Sequence record: ON529860.1
DNA length: 64,000 nucleotides
Direction: 5' to 3' (one strand)
The position numbers and the translations under genes are program-made. Each line of letters begins with the position of its first letter. Within the stretch, counting starts at the first letter, position 1. The notes under the pieces are model-generated. The model saw only the letters and a program-made list of their open reading frames with translations. It had not been told where the DNA came from and searched no databases. Positions 16,301 through 25,397 of the stretch are shown piece after piece.

Positions 16301-19300
16301 GCTGCCGCCGTGTTCGCCGTAGTAGTAGCCGCCGGAGCCGCTGAAGAAGGCGCCGCCGACGCCGCCGCCCGCACCGGCGACCGCGACCAGAACGTCGTTG
16401 ACGTAGATGCGCGTCGAGCCGCCGCCGCCGCCACCGCAATAGGTCGAGGAGGCGTAGCCGCCGTCGCCGCCGTCGGGCCAGCCGCCGAGGCCGCCTTCGG
16501 TGGTCACAGCCGGCTTGCGCCCGCCTTGCCCGACTTCAACCCGAACCGTGTCGTTGGCCTTGACGGGGATGGCGACATGCGTGAAGCCGCCCGCGCCCGC
16601 ATAGCGCGTGCCGGAGTTGGCGTAGCCGCCGGCTCCGCCGCCGCCCCACAACTTGGCCTCCAGAATGCTGTCGGCCGCGACCTTGTATTCAACCGGCGCG
16701 CCCCGGAAGGCGAGCGAAATCTTGGAGGGGAGTTCCGGCGTAGCGGCCGGAGGGCCGAGGTCGAGAACCGCGCGGCCGTTGCCGCCGGGCAGAGCCTGGT
16801 CAGTGGGTCCGCCCTGGACGGAGCCGGCCGCGACGCCCGTGACGTAGTCCGGGTCCAGCGCCCGAGGGGGGTTCTGGGCCAGGCCCATCTCGGTGACGCC
16901 GTTATCGACAGCCGGGTGCAGGAAGGACGAGCCGCCGCCCGCGCCGCTGGAGGTCGAGGACGCCAGGCCAGACGAACCGCCGCCGCCGTAGTAGCCGCCG
17001 CCGCCGCCCGCGCCGACGGTGCCCGAGGCGTTGGAGACTTCGACCGGCACTGAGGTGCTGCCGCCCGAGCCGCCCCGGAGGTATCCGCCCGAAGAGACCG
17101 CATCAGCCCCCCGCGCCATGCAGACGCCGCCGGCCGTCTGTGATCCGCCCGTTCCACGCACGCCGCCGGCCTCATCGCCGTCGGCCCCCGTCAGGCCGCC
17201 GCCCGCGCCGCCGTAACCGCGCGAGGCGGTCGTATTCTCGTGGACGTTGCCGCCGCCGCCGCCGGCCGCGACCGCCACCAGGGCGCCGTTCTTGTAGATG
17301 CGCGTGGAGCCGCCGCCCGCGCCCGCAGACCGCGAGGTGGCGAAGAACCCGCCAGGGCCGCCATCAGGCCAGCCGCCGACCGACGGCCCGGAACCGATGG
17401 CCCCCGTGTTGGCGCCGCCCGCGCCGACTTCCACCGTCAGGATGTCGCCGGCCTTAAACCGAATCACGCCCGACACGAAGCCGCCAGGGCCGCCGTAACT
17501 CAGCGGTCGGGTAGCGACAATCGACGCCCCGGAGCCCCCGCCGCCCCACAGTTTGAACGCGAGGTCCGAGGTCTCGGTGACCTCGTAGGATTTGGCGAAG
17601 CCTTCAAAGGGCAGCACGAACTTGCCGCGCCCCACGGGGGTCGGCGGATCGATCGCCATGACGACCACGCGGCCGTCGCCGCCGGGGACGCCGACGCCGC
17701 GATTGCTGCCGAATGCGGCGCGACCGGCCGCCTTGCCGCCGCGATCCGAATCCGAAGCCGCGCCAGGCGCGCCCGTCGTGATGACGCCCGTTTCCGTCAG
17801 GCCGTCGACCACGGAGGGATGAATATAGGAAGAGCCGCCGCCCGCGCCGCCGCCGGGGATGAAGGTGCCGGTGCTGGCGCTGCCCGAGCCGCCGTAGTAG
17901 CCGCCGCCGCCGCCCGCGCCGGAGTTGACGGAGTTCGAGGAAATCGTCTCCCCTACGGTCGAGTCGTAGCCGTCGCCGCCGCGCGCGCCAACGCCGTTGA
18001 ACGCCGGTTTGAACGGACTGACCCCAGGTCCGGTTTGCGAGCCGCCGATGCCGCGATAGGAATCGTTGGTGTAGTCAAGCGTGGCGTTGTTGGCTGCGTA
18101 GCCGTTCTGCCCGATCAGCCCGCCTCCGGGGCCGCCGTAGCCGCCGCTGGCGTAGCCCATGCCGGAGCCGCCGCCGCCGCCCGCGACCAGCATGATGACG
18201 CCGTTGACCTTGACGATCGTCGCGCCGCCGCCGCCGCCGAGTTGCCCGACGGTGAAATACTTGGCGCCGTTGCCGCCGTTCGGCCAGCCGCCAAAGCCGC
18301 CGCGCTCGGAACCGGTGCGGCCGTCGCCACCCTGCCCGCCCTGGGCGACGGAAATCTCGACCAGGTCGCCCGTGACAAGCGCGATCTTACCACGCACGAA
18401 GCCGCCGCCGCCCGACGCGCCGCCGAGCGCTGCGCTGCCGTCCGAACGGTGAGCCGGCGCACCGGCGCCGCCCCAGGCCTTGATGTCGAGCGTGGTGTTG
18501 CGGTCCGCCACGAAGGACTTGACCGCGCCCGTGAAGTCCAGGGTGGTCTTGCCCGGCGGAATCGGCGGGATGACCACGGCCGCGATGGTGAGCACCGCCA
18601 GGCCGTTGCCGCCAGGCAGCGCCATGACGCCAGTCGAACCGTTGTCGGCGCCCACGGCGACGCCCGCGACGTAATCCGCATCATCAGTCTTGGGCGCAGT
18701 CTTGCCCGCTCCGGCGACGTTGAGCGGGGTCGCGACCGACGCGTGGAGGAAGGACGAGCCGCCGCCGGCGCCCGAGGACAGGTTGGTGGTCCACTGACCG
18801 GCGCCGGCGCCGCCGCCATAGTAGCCGCCGCCGCCGCCGCCGCCGTTGCGGTTGTCGGCGTTGGCGACGAATCCGGAGCCGCCGCGCAGAGAGCCTCCCT
18901 GCTTGGCGGGCATATTGCTGGGATTGGAGAAGCCGCCGGCCGACTGCGTGCCGCCAAGGCCGGCCCAGCCCGCCTGGCCGAAGCCGTCTTGACCCACGAG
19001 GCCGCCGCCAGCGCCGGAGTAACCCAGGGCCACCGTCGTGCCGGTTTCGTTGTGGTTGGCCCCGCCGCCGCCGCCCGCAACCGCGACCAGGACGTTGTTC
19101 ACATAGAGGCGCGTGGAGCCGCCGCCGCCGCCTGCGGCGCGAATGGTGAAAGCGTATCCGCCCACGCCGCCGTCGGGCCAACCGCCGGGGGAGACCGCAG
19201 CGCCCGTGAGAGGATCAGTCCGCCCGCCCCCGCCGACTTCGATCTTGATCGTGTCGCCCGCCGCCACCACGACCTCGCCCGACACAAAGCCGCCGGCGCC

Positions 19301-19456
19301 GCCGTAGCCGACACGAGGCGCGATGTTGGAGGCGTTGGAGCCGCCGCCGGCGCCGCCCCACAGCTTGAACGACAGGGCTCCGCCCGTGGCGATCGTGTAG
19401 GTCTGCGCCACGCCCGAGTAGGGATGCGAAGACTTACCGGAGGGGAGATCAGCCAT
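10397..19456 (-). CDS. 3019-aa Gly-rich fibre/filament protein with 8 ALK/LTK-type glycine-rich domains
   Basis: Eight ~290-aa units, each with (L/A)WG, GGWP(D/N)GG, GGGGG(S/A)(T/S), GGGGGYYGG and GGGSS/GGGSG/GGGSH motifs; acidic Pro-rich stalk; C-terminal beta domain. Confidence 0.85.
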   Translation of the reverse strand: MADLPSGKSSHPYSGVAQTYTIATGGALSFKLWGGAGGGSNASNIAPRVGYGGAGGFVSGEVVVAAGDTIKIEVGGGGRTDPLTGAAVSPGGWPDGGVGGYAFTIRAAGGGGGSTRLYVNNVLVAVAGGGGGANHNETGTTVALGYSGAGGGLVGQDGFGQAGWAGLGGTQSAGGFSNPSNMPAKQGGSLRGGSGFVANADNRNGGGGGGGYYGGGAGAGQWTTNLSSGAGGGSSFLHASVATPLNVAGAGKTAPKTDDADYVAGVAVGADNGSTGVMALPGGNGLAVLTIAAVVIPPIPPGKTTLDFTGAVKSFVADRNTTLDIKAWGGAGAPAHRSDGSAALGGASGGGGFVRGKIALVTGDLVEISVAQGGQGGDGRTGSERGGFGGWPNGGNGAKYFTVGQLGGGGGATIVKVNGVIMLVAGGGGGSGMGYASGGYGGPGGGLIGQNGYAANNATLDYTNDSYRGIGGSQTGPGVSPFKPAFNGVGARGGDGYDSTVGETISSNSVNSGAGGGGGYYGGSGSASTGTFIPGGGAGGGSSYIHPSVVDGLTETGVITTGAPGAASDSDRGGKAAGRAAFGSNRGVGVPGGDGRVVVMAIDPPTPVGRGKFVLPFEGFAKSYEVTETSDLAFKLWGGGGSGASIVATRPLSYGGPGGFVSGVIRFKAGDILTVEVGAGGANTGAIGSGPSVGGWPDGGPGGFFATSRSAGAGGGSTRIYKNGALVAVAAGGGGGNVHENTTASRGYGGAGGGLTGADGDEAGGVRGTGGSQTAGGVCMARGADAVSSGGYLRGGSGGSTSVPVEVSNASGTVGAGGGGGYYGGGGSSGLASSTSSGAGGGSSFLHPAVDNGVTEMGLAQNPPRALDPDYVTGVAAGSVQGGPTDQALPGGNGRAVLDLGPPAATPELPSKISLAFRGAPVEYKVAADSILEAKLWGGGGAGGYANSGTRYAGAGGFTHVAIPVKANDTVRVEVGQGGRKPAVTTEGGLGGWPDGGDGGYASSTYCGGGGGGSTRIYVNDVLVAVAGAGGGVGGAFFSGSGGYYYGEHGGSSNYGAGGTQAAGGYAVGRYGDAAATGGLLRGGHGYGVGQNRTTADTRNGGGGGGGYYGGGSGGSGAGSGGGSSYIHAGYDGYTRRWNNGKTGGTEAGGANNTGSNGVPNASDPDYVAGVAASGNGTSNLSSTTHGGNGLAVLALVAQQTVAPERTLLYAGAVNQTWVATKPGKVTVRAWGGGAGGVAGTGTLANGGAAGMVSFTRDVVPGDTLSFQVAQGGRGPTATTGGLGGWPDGGNGGMGSAAIGWGGGGGSTRVYLNSSLLAVAAGGGAGGAGINTAQGGAGGGETGQDGAPASNANFAVGGGGTQTAGGVNKLYTTDASYAGDYLKGGHGYPVGGSNASVGEGTGPGGGGGYYGGAGGCDTVAGAVTGAGGAGGGSSLTPLNGTNAAGSGFTPPSADLPEYVSGVARPASASATLTQPWVTEGGDGQVFIRFDETPAAIPLQPTTLVLGNNVFGHTATARTITISQKGTVNVNLWGGAGSGATVGTFRPGGDGGYTRAAIEVVPGDTLRVEVGQGGRPFATAGGGQGGWPDGGDGARISALTGYGGGGGSTRLYKNDVLVMVAGGGGGGGGGSSVAVAGGAGGGADGGPASNANLKPGTGGTQVSGGVNTGYPTDTTYAGSSLRGGNGFGVGNARYSLGSNGIGLGMGPGGGGGYYGGGGGSSLNAATAAGSAGGGSHLTPANGESVVGLGGTAVPGFVLGTAQGSAGTSTLAQNPAPGGDGLAILNYLVPVDLPTGKTAYGSNRSERLFNVTTAGLLKVKLWGAGGSAAVRPSVTTPSVAGAGAFSLAEFLVKPGDVVRVDVASGGGVPAPTDTVSGLGGWPDGGRGGKYEAAGTSLAGSGGGSSRVWINGVLQLVAGGGGGANSWYSAAVPGDGGAAGGRIGLPGAGPATTVGNGGRDYRGGLLRGRAVGSISSGAYLSGGQGYPDGSTPDTAAGLNAGPGGGGGYYGGAAGTNLAATSAGGAGGGSSYGGPLALNYRLAGGVGANPPATGDADYAAGVGVGGVQATKAAILPGGDGRAVLDFTPGASIAPLPEGALSLLGDVYGPRDFITTFSGGVNLNLWGGGGAGSQLYTNTIAQDSIGGAGGHLTGVVMFQPGDLIRIEVGQGGSSPGNFTGSLGGWPDGGGGGPGTYGGGAGGGSTRVWRNGVLVAVVGGGGAGAATAARRGGFGGGLSGGNGVGTAQGMGTGGTQSAGGVGASNTSGNGNGAYLRGGDGFQIDGSESVVGASGVGATGAGGGGGYYGGGGGALNSGSTSGSAGGGSGFLGDLLLEGVTETSATGTPAGTTNPVYQSGVGLGGVPNFAIVPGMAGGPGLAALSVFEGELSIPVTFNVTQIGTVLVTSASGSGEGSKAGDAVGSLPVVTVVPPVGAIAMGAQGSGDLGESILMMDPQAKAAGGIGAYLPTIYVSGDLGGQPQNDALVVTGIGEDLAYPFPPSVGLEAGVDLKLDQTLTVTLQPMNYILGNGFEMFDPLVIALSEIEGEMGVADMWIGEIDSVIPLTAPEGSAEGNAGWAPQPGQFLGVVTLQAPQGDLSGPDETADGDFGAPVQIVPLAGLGELPIPYTTEPFENDITIAFATGGATGAANAIVSAGPQGGPLVTIAVGMNGDPLVEVTASVSRDLGLILVGTPLASFSRSATVRINYFDRIYVTPPRGFAAELTAAVVDGDLSDSVILVSPPESEGAGGTSASAPLPTVYLQPVEGYVEDGDGVHVSGSGGVVIRYKRTLVRGNVPIALEPLEIALNETDGLLFATDGYGVMQARPLGRIALGGVAPEGGEPGDILYADGTWRAPDPVYDAPVLLPARVGDRYLTDFGMDASANQPPVGKVVYRPFFLPRTTRFTRFGVTITAASAGTIRFGVCRWDQALQMPGDVAVSVQVSASGPTGPKSVDQDVVLEAGWHAAMIAVTGAAPTLSARRGPTAFAADMTMVGDPAAPDTGSLLDAPTPTSREASALAYVWATA

Positions 19457-19621
19457 CAGCAGGACTCAGACGCAGAAAAGCGCCCGGCGCGAAAACGCCG
19501 GACGCAAGAAGGTATGGGATGAGCGGAGAAGTCGCGCCGTCACAGCAAACCAAAGGGAACCGAAGCCCGCCTTGTACCACAAGACGGGCTCGATTGCCAG
19601 GAATTACGGCGTCGACTGCTG

Positions 19622-20035
19622 TTAGTTCTGGAAGCGCAGGGGCGCCGAGAAGGTCACGGCGAACGAGGCGTTCGTCGACGAGATTTCCTGGTTGAAATCG
19701 ACGTAGGCGACCAGAGGGTTGGCGGTGGCGACGCCGGCGGCGAAATAGATCACCGCGCCGCGCGCCGTGACGGTGGCGTTGGACCAGGCCACGTTCGAGA
19801 AAGACAGGTCGACACGGTTGCCGACGTTGTCCTTGGAGACCGTGACGGTGGTGCCCTGGCCGCCGGCGGTGTAGCCGGTGCCGGTCACTTCGTTGGTGAC
19901 GTCCGACATGCGCGTGTGCGACTTCACGGCGTTGTAGCCGGCGCCGACAAGCGCGACCTTGAAGCCGGTGACATCGAACTCAAGGTCCCCTTTGCAGAGG
20001 TCCTCGATCATGGAGTTGTAAACGAGAGAGGCCAT
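19622..20035 (-). CDS. conserved phage virion/fibre-base protein
   Basis: MASLVYNS...D.TGFKVALV...DVTNEVTGTGYTAGG...TARGAVIY pattern common in siphophage structural modules. Confidence 0.75.
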   Translation of the reverse strand: MASLVYNSMIEDLCKGDLEFDVTGFKVALVGAGYNAVKSHTRMSDVTNEVTGTGYTAGGQGTTVTVSKDNVGNRVDLSFSNVAWSNATVTARGAVIYFAAGVATANPLVAYVDFNQEISSTNASFAVTFSAPLRFQN

Positions 20036-20087
20036 GGGGTTTCTGTCTCCTAGAGGCCGTTAAAGTTGGGTTCCGACCGGCCCCCGG

Positions 20088-20777
20088 TCAGAAAGTTCCG
20101 CCGTCAATCTTGACGTTGGTGAGGGTCACGCCATCCAGGATTCCACCCGTGACGTTGATGTTGTCGGCGTCTTGGAGCGCCATGGTGCCGAGATCGTCGG
20201 GGTTGCCCGACCCTGAGCCCACGCCGGTCTCGCCGATGTAGCGGTAGGCCTCGAAGTAGACGCCGTGACTGGCGACGGAGACCGCGCCGGACCCGATCGT
20301 GGCGGTCTTGCCCGCCGGGATCGTGCCGGTGAAAATGAGGACGCCGGCGGCGTAGTCGAACACCCACTCTTCGTCGGTGGTGTCCGGGAAGATGCGCGCC
20401 GCCGGGCCGACGTTGGGATCGCCGACGAAGACCTTGACCGCGTAGCCGGAGCCGAAGGTGGGGGCGATGAAGTTGATCGCCCGCGTCTCGACGTCGCCGT
20501 GCGTGGTCGTCGCCAGCCAGGCCACGTTCGCCGGCGAAGTCGGATCAACCGTCGCCCGAATGCGCTGCGCGCCGGCGTAGGCCTGGATGAAGGCGTTCTC
20601 CACCGGCGTGACCGGAATGTCGTCGCCCTGCTGCCAGACCGTCGACGGCAGGACCGGAGACGGCGACGCGATCGTTTCGTTCGAGCCGAACTTGAGCGCC
20701 GCGCTGGCCGTCTTGGAGACGCCGAAGATGATCTTCTTCCAGAGGAAGTCGATCTTTTCACTGTCAATGATCGCCAT
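20088..20777 (-). CDS. putative structural protein, paralog of the N-terminal domain of 20788..22959
   Basis: MAIIDSEKIDFLWKK...EEWVFDYAAGVL. Confidence 0.8.
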   Translation of the reverse strand: MAIIDSEKIDFLWKKIIFGVSKTASAALKFGSNETIASPSPVLPSTVWQQGDDIPVTPVENAFIQAYAGAQRIRATVDPTSPANVAWLATTTHGDVETRAINFIAPTFGSGYAVKVFVGDPNVGPAARIFPDTTDEEWVFDYAAGVLIFTGTIPAGKTATIGSGAVSVASHGVYFEAYRYIGETGVGSGSGNPDDLGTMALQDADNINVTGGILDGVTLTNVKIDGGTF

Positions 20778-20787
20778 CGTCCGCGCC

Positions 20788-22959
20788 CTAGTTCGTGAAC
20801 GACAGGGCCGTGATCGCCTGCCCGGCGTTCAGCCGGAACCGGACCAGGATTTCGTTGCCGGTGGCGTTGGTCGACGACTGCGTGCCGAAGGTGATCTGGA
20901 AGGCGCCGGTCGCTCCGGTCATCACCGAGCCCAGGGCGCAACCCGCATCCGCATCTCCCGCTTCACCAGGGACGCCTGCGCCGTCATAGGGCTTGAAGGC
21001 GTTCCACCAGCCGTTGGGGGCATTCGGCGCACTATCCGACGCGCCCGGCAGCTTGATGCGGCAGTCGGCGTAGGTGCCGGTGACGTTGATCTTGAAGGCT
21101 GACAGAGCCGAGCGGTTGAAGCTGAAGGTGACGTATTGCTCGCCCGAACGGCCGACTGACATGTTGGGGCCGGCGGGCAGGTAGGCGCTGTAGTCGGTCT
21201 GGTCGTGCTTCAGCACGCCGCCGACCACCAGGGCTTCGTGGGTCGCCGGCGTCGGCGTGGAGTCCCAGGTGGCGGCCGCTCCAGCAGGGGTCGGCCCCGC
21301 CGCGAGCGACTTGCGCACGGCGGCGTTGCCGTTGGGCGCCGAGCCCAGGCCGGTGACCGGGACCGACATTTCATTGATGCGGCTACCGGACGTGCCGCGC
21401 TTGACCAGGATGTTCTTGGCCTGGATGGTGGTCGCGGCGGTCGCGCCGTTGACGTTGCGGGCCGTCGCCTGGAGGACGCCGACATTGTGGACGTTGGTCC
21501 CATCGATCGCCACGGTGGCGGACGTGATGGCGACAGGCGCGACGTCGCCGCGCGCCATGGGCGTGGTGATGCCGAGGGCGGCGTAGGCCAGAGTGTCGGC
21601 CGAGATGATCCCATTGGTGCCCGAAATCACCAGAGGGTCCGTCCCGCCGTAATAGGTCTCGCCGGGGACGAGATTGGCGAGGGTCAGACCGACCGTCAGG
21701 GTCGCGCCGTCGCCGTAGTGGGGGATGCCCGAGGAATAGGCCAGGGTCCCGGCGGCGGCCTGCACGACCGTCCCTGCCGAAATCGTCGGATTGCCGGCGC
21801 CAGCGTCGCGGACGAAGAAGACCTCGTTCGTCTGGCCTGCGCCGGTGTGCGCGATGCGCGCCTTATTGACCCCGATCTGCGCCGCGAATCCCGTCAGGCT
21901 GACGTCGATCGATTTCCAGAAGCCCGGCGTGGCGGCAGGGAAGTCTTTCTGATCCGCGATCGTCAGACCGTCGACCGTACCGTTGTCGGCCGTGCCGGTC
22001 AGGACCTTGGTCGCGACCACGGCGCCGTTGAGCGAGGCCGTGATGGTGCCCACATCGCCCGGCCCCACGTCCCCAAACACGTTGGAGTTCACGCCGGCGG
22101 CGGTGATCCGCGTGACGGCGTCGCCCGCCACCAGGGTCGAGGCCGCGTGGTCCGTCACGCCGGTCGCCAGACGCGGCGAATTCCCGGCGGCGTTCGCCAC
22201 CGACAGGGTCCCGTTCGGGAACATCGGGGGTTGGCTCGGGACCAGCTTGCCCAGGACCTCATTGAGGCGATCGACGGCTTCCGAGACCGGGGTTTCGTCG
22301 TCGAGCGGCACCGCACCAGGCGTCCAGGACCCGTCGCCGTGCGCGACGATGTCGCCCAGGGGCAGTTCGAATCCGTCCGAGGCTCCCGACTTCGGAATGC
22401 CCCGCAGGCCTTGATACTGGCAGGCCTCGATGTAGATGCCCGAGGTGGCGATGTCGACGTTGCCGGTGCCGATGGTGGCGGGCTTGGCCGCCGGGATGGT
22501 CGAGGCGAACAACAGGACGCCGGCGGCGTAGTCGAACACCCACTCCTCATTGGTGGTGTCCGGGAACAGGCGCGCGGCCGGTCCGACCTCAGGGTCGCCG
22601 ATGAAGACGCGCGCCGCATAGCTGGACCCGAAGGTCGGGGGGATGAAGTCGGTCAGGCGCGTGGTGATGTCGCCCTGGGTCTCGGTCGCCAGCCAGGTCA
22701 GGTTGGGCGTCGAAGTCGGATCGGTGGTGGCGGCGATGCGCGCCGCGCCCGTGCGCACCTTGACCTCAGGCGTGTCTGCGGCCGGCGCGAAGTCCGGGAT
22801 CAGGTCCGTCGCGCCCCAGATCGATTCCGGGTAAACCGGCGAGGGGGACGGGATGGTCTCGTTCGAGCCGGCCTTGTCCGCCGCCTTGGCCGACTTGGTC
22901 GTGCCAAAGCCGATCTTCTTCCACAGAAGGTCCAGCTTCTCAGAGTCTACAATCGCCAT
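20788..22959 (-). CDS. 723-aa putative virion structural protein
   Basis: Thr/Gly/Ala-rich beta protein; shares its N-domain with 20088 and its C-terminal ~500 aa with 22972. Confidence 0.8.
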   Translation of the reverse strand: MAIVDSEKLDLLWKKIGFGTTKSAKAADKAGSNETIPSPSPVYPESIWGATDLIPDFAPAADTPEVKVRTGAARIAATTDPTSTPNLTWLATETQGDITTRLTDFIPPTFGSSYAARVFIGDPEVGPAARLFPDTTNEEWVFDYAAGVLLFASTIPAAKPATIGTGNVDIATSGIYIEACQYQGLRGIPKSGASDGFELPLGDIVAHGDGSWTPGAVPLDDETPVSEAVDRLNEVLGKLVPSQPPMFPNGTLSVANAAGNSPRLATGVTDHAASTLVAGDAVTRITAAGVNSNVFGDVGPGDVGTITASLNGAVVATKVLTGTADNGTVDGLTIADQKDFPAATPGFWKSIDVSLTGFAAQIGVNKARIAHTGAGQTNEVFFVRDAGAGNPTISAGTVVQAAAGTLAYSSGIPHYGDGATLTVGLTLANLVPGETYYGGTDPLVISGTNGIISADTLAYAALGITTPMARGDVAPVAITSATVAIDGTNVHNVGVLQATARNVNGATAATTIQAKNILVKRGTSGSRINEMSVPVTGLGSAPNGNAAVRKSLAAGPTPAGAAATWDSTPTPATHEALVVGGVLKHDQTDYSAYLPAGPNMSVGRSGEQYVTFSFNRSALSAFKINVTGTYADCRIKLPGASDSAPNAPNGWWNAFKPYDGAGVPGEAGDADAGCALGSVMTGATGAFQITFGTQSSTNATGNEILVRFRLNAGQAITALSFTN

Positions 22960-22971
22960 TCCAGGGCCGCC

Positions 22972-25014
22972 TTAGTTCGTGAAGGAGAGCGCGGAGATCG
23001 CCTGGCCCTGGACCAGCTTGAACCGCACGAGGATGAGGTTGTCGGTCGCGTTCGTTGACGACTGCGTGCCGAAGGTGATGTTGAAGCTGCCCGAGGCTCC
23101 ATTCATGACGGAGCCGAGTGCGCAGCCCGCGAGCGGGTCGCCGGCTTCGCCGGGCACGCCCGCGCCGTCGTAGGGCTTGAAGCCGTCCCACCAGCCGCCA
23201 GGGGCGTTCGGCTGCTGATCGGACACGCCTGGCAGCTTGACCCAGCAACCGGCGTAGGCGCCGGCGACGTTGATTTTGAAGGCCGAGCGCGCGGCGCGGC
23301 GGAAGGCGAAGGTGACGTACTGGGCGCCGTCTCGGCCGACAGACAGGTCCGGACCCGCTGGCAGGTGGCCCTGCGCGTAGTTGGTGCGGTTGTGCGCCAG
23401 GACGCCGGCGACAACCGCTGCTTCGTGGGCCGGCAGGGCCGCTGCGGCGTCCCAGGTCGAGTGCGCCGCAGCCGGCGTGTCGCCAGCGGCCGTCGACACC
23501 CGCGCGGCGTTGAGCGTGTTGGGCAGGGCGCCGAGGCCGGTGACCGGCACGCTCATTTCGTCCAGGCGCGCGCCAGCCGCGCCGCGCTTGATCAGAATGG
23601 TCGGGCCGCCGAGATCAGTGGTGACGGAGCCGTTGACGTTGCGGGCGACACCGGAGACCTTGCCAGACACATGGCCCGAGCCGTCGACGGCGATCGTCTG
23701 CGGCGTCACGGCCTGCGCCGTCAAGGTGTTGCGCGCCAGCGGCGCGTCGATGCCGGTCGCGGGCACGTAACCGAAGGTCTTGGTCGCGATGACGGGACCC
23801 GAGAACTGAACGGGATCGCCGCCGCCGTAATAGGTTTCGCCCGCCAGATTGGCGATCGACATGGAGACCGTCAGGGTCGCGCCGTCGCCGTAGTGAGGAA
23901 CGCCCGAGGAATAGGCCAACGTCCCCGCCGAGGCCTGGGCCACCGATCCAGCCGAAATGATGGGCGAAGCCGTCATGTCGTCGCGCATGAAGACGACGGG
24001 ATTCGTGACTCCGGCCTGGCTGTGCGCCATCTGGACCGAGTTCAGTCCGAAGGGCGCCGACAGGAGGTTCAGGCTGACGTCGATCGACTTCCAGAAGCCC
24101 GGCGTCTCGACCGGGAAGTCCTTCTGGTCCGCAATCACGAGCCCGGCGTAGGACCCGTTGTCGTCCTCACCCGTCAGGGTGCGGCTGGTGACCACGGCGC
24201 CGTTCAGGCTGACGGCGATCAGGCCAGCGTCGCCAGGGCCGACGTCACCGAACACAAATGACGAGAAACCGGCGGCCGTGATGCGGCTGACGGCGGTGCC
24301 CGGCGTGAGGGTTGCGCTGAAGTTGTTGGTGTAGCCCTGGGTCAGGCGCGGCGATGCGCCGGCGCCGTTGGCGATCGCCAAGGTCCCGTTCGGGAACATC
24401 GGCGGCTGCGAAGGGATCAGCTTGCCCAGCACTTCATTGAGGCGGTCCACCGCTTCGGACACCGGCGTGGCGTTCTCCAGCGGCACAGCGCCCGGCGTCC
24501 AGGACCCGTCGCCGTGCTCGACGATGTCGCCTAGAATGACGTGGAAGCCGTCCAGGTTGTCGATCTTGTCGGCAGCGTCCTGGAGACGGATGTTGACCTT
24601 CGAGATCGCCGTGGCGACGTCGGTGGTCTCGTCCAGGTCGACCGCGCCGGCCTCCCACAAGCCTTCTCCCGAGATCGGATCAATGCGGTCGCCCAGGGGA
24701 ATGTTGATCCCGATGGGAGAGAAGTTCGCGAGGGCCAGGTTCAGGCGCTGAAGCGCCTCGGCCATGTTGTCGGTGGGCTCCAGCACCACCAGGCCGCCGG
24801 TCCAGTCGGTGTTGTCCCCCAGCAGGATTTCGTCGGCGTCTCGCGCCTCGGCGACGACGACGCTGACCGAACCGTCAGCCCCGTACTCGCCCGCAAACAG
24901 CAGCCCGCAGGTGTACCCCTCGTCTTCCGGAGGGGTCTTGGCGAAGAGGGGGAACGCCCGGTGGGTTTCGACGTCGACTGCGACATCGCCCGTGACGTCG
25001 ACGAGCAGAGCCAT
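22972..25014 (-). CDS. 680-aa putative virion structural protein
   Basis: Three LGD...W..GAV.L...T.V..A..RLN repeats, then a region paralogous to 20788..22959. Confidence 0.8.
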   Translation of the reverse strand: MALLVDVTGDVAVDVETHRAFPLFAKTPPEDEGYTCGLLFAGEYGADGSVSVVVAEARDADEILLGDNTDWTGGLVVLEPTDNMAEALQRLNLALANFSPIGINIPLGDRIDPISGEGLWEAGAVDLDETTDVATAISKVNIRLQDAADKIDNLDGFHVILGDIVEHGDGSWTPGAVPLENATPVSEAVDRLNEVLGKLIPSQPPMFPNGTLAIANGAGASPRLTQGYTNNFSATLTPGTAVSRITAAGFSSFVFGDVGPGDAGLIAVSLNGAVVTSRTLTGEDDNGSYAGLVIADQKDFPVETPGFWKSIDVSLNLLSAPFGLNSVQMAHSQAGVTNPVVFMRDDMTASPIISAGSVAQASAGTLAYSSGVPHYGDGATLTVSMSIANLAGETYYGGGDPVQFSGPVIATKTFGYVPATGIDAPLARNTLTAQAVTPQTIAVDGSGHVSGKVSGVARNVNGSVTTDLGGPTILIKRGAAGARLDEMSVPVTGLGALPNTLNAARVSTAAGDTPAAAHSTWDAAAALPAHEAAVVAGVLAHNRTNYAQGHLPAGPDLSVGRDGAQYVTFAFRRAARSAFKINVAGAYAGCWVKLPGVSDQQPNAPGGWWDGFKPYDGAGVPGEAGDPLAGCALGSVMNGASGSFNITFGTQSSTNATDNLILVRFKLVQGQAISALSFTN

Positions 25015-25015
25015 A

Positions 25016-25387
25016 CTAGCGGAGACGGACCTGGATGTGGTCCTGCGGGATGATGATCCCCTGACCGGCTTCGGTGGCGCGCGACGTGCGCAGACGGCCG
25101 TAGAGCACCATATCCCCGGCGGAGTCGAAGATCGCGAAGTAGTTGACCTGGACCCAGTCGTTAAGCGCCGGGCCGAAGGCCAGCGGGCCGACCGAGGTCA
25201 GATTGGTGATGCCGGCGGCGACGGTCTTGGCGAGCGTGATCGGGCGACGCTCGTAACCGAGGTCGGCCGCCGGCTCGACGATCAGCGTGCCGTCAGGCTC
25301 GGGTGCGGACGCGAGCAGGCCCAGGGTGAGATCATCACCCCAGGCCGCGAGGATCGCGTCGTGAGTCTTGTACGACAGGTTGGGCAC
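25016..25387 (-). CDS. small fibre-related structural protein (Gp80-like fold; start uncertain)
   Basis: GYERRPITL...LAFGPALNDWVQVNYFAIFDSAGDMVLYG pattern. Confidence 0.7.
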   Translation of the reverse strand: MPNLSYKTHDAILAAWGDDLTLGLLASAPEPDGTLIVEPAADLGYERRPITLAKTVAAGITNLTSVGPLAFGPALNDWVQVNYFAIFDSAGDMVLYGRLRTSRATEAGQGIIIPQDHIQVRLR

Positions 25388-25397
25388 GGTGGCGGCC

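Noticed and set aside
10583-19522. Very long plus-strand ORFs (10583..12511, 13721..17053, 17240..19522)
   Set aside because: Antisense shadows of the GC-rich Gly-codon gene; Arg/Ala low-complexity translations with no SD or motifs.
20088-25014. Diversity-generating retroelement (template/variable repeat) explanation for the duplicated segments
   Set aside because: Differences are mostly synonymous and not adenine-specific, both copies are coding, and no reverse transcriptase is in the window.
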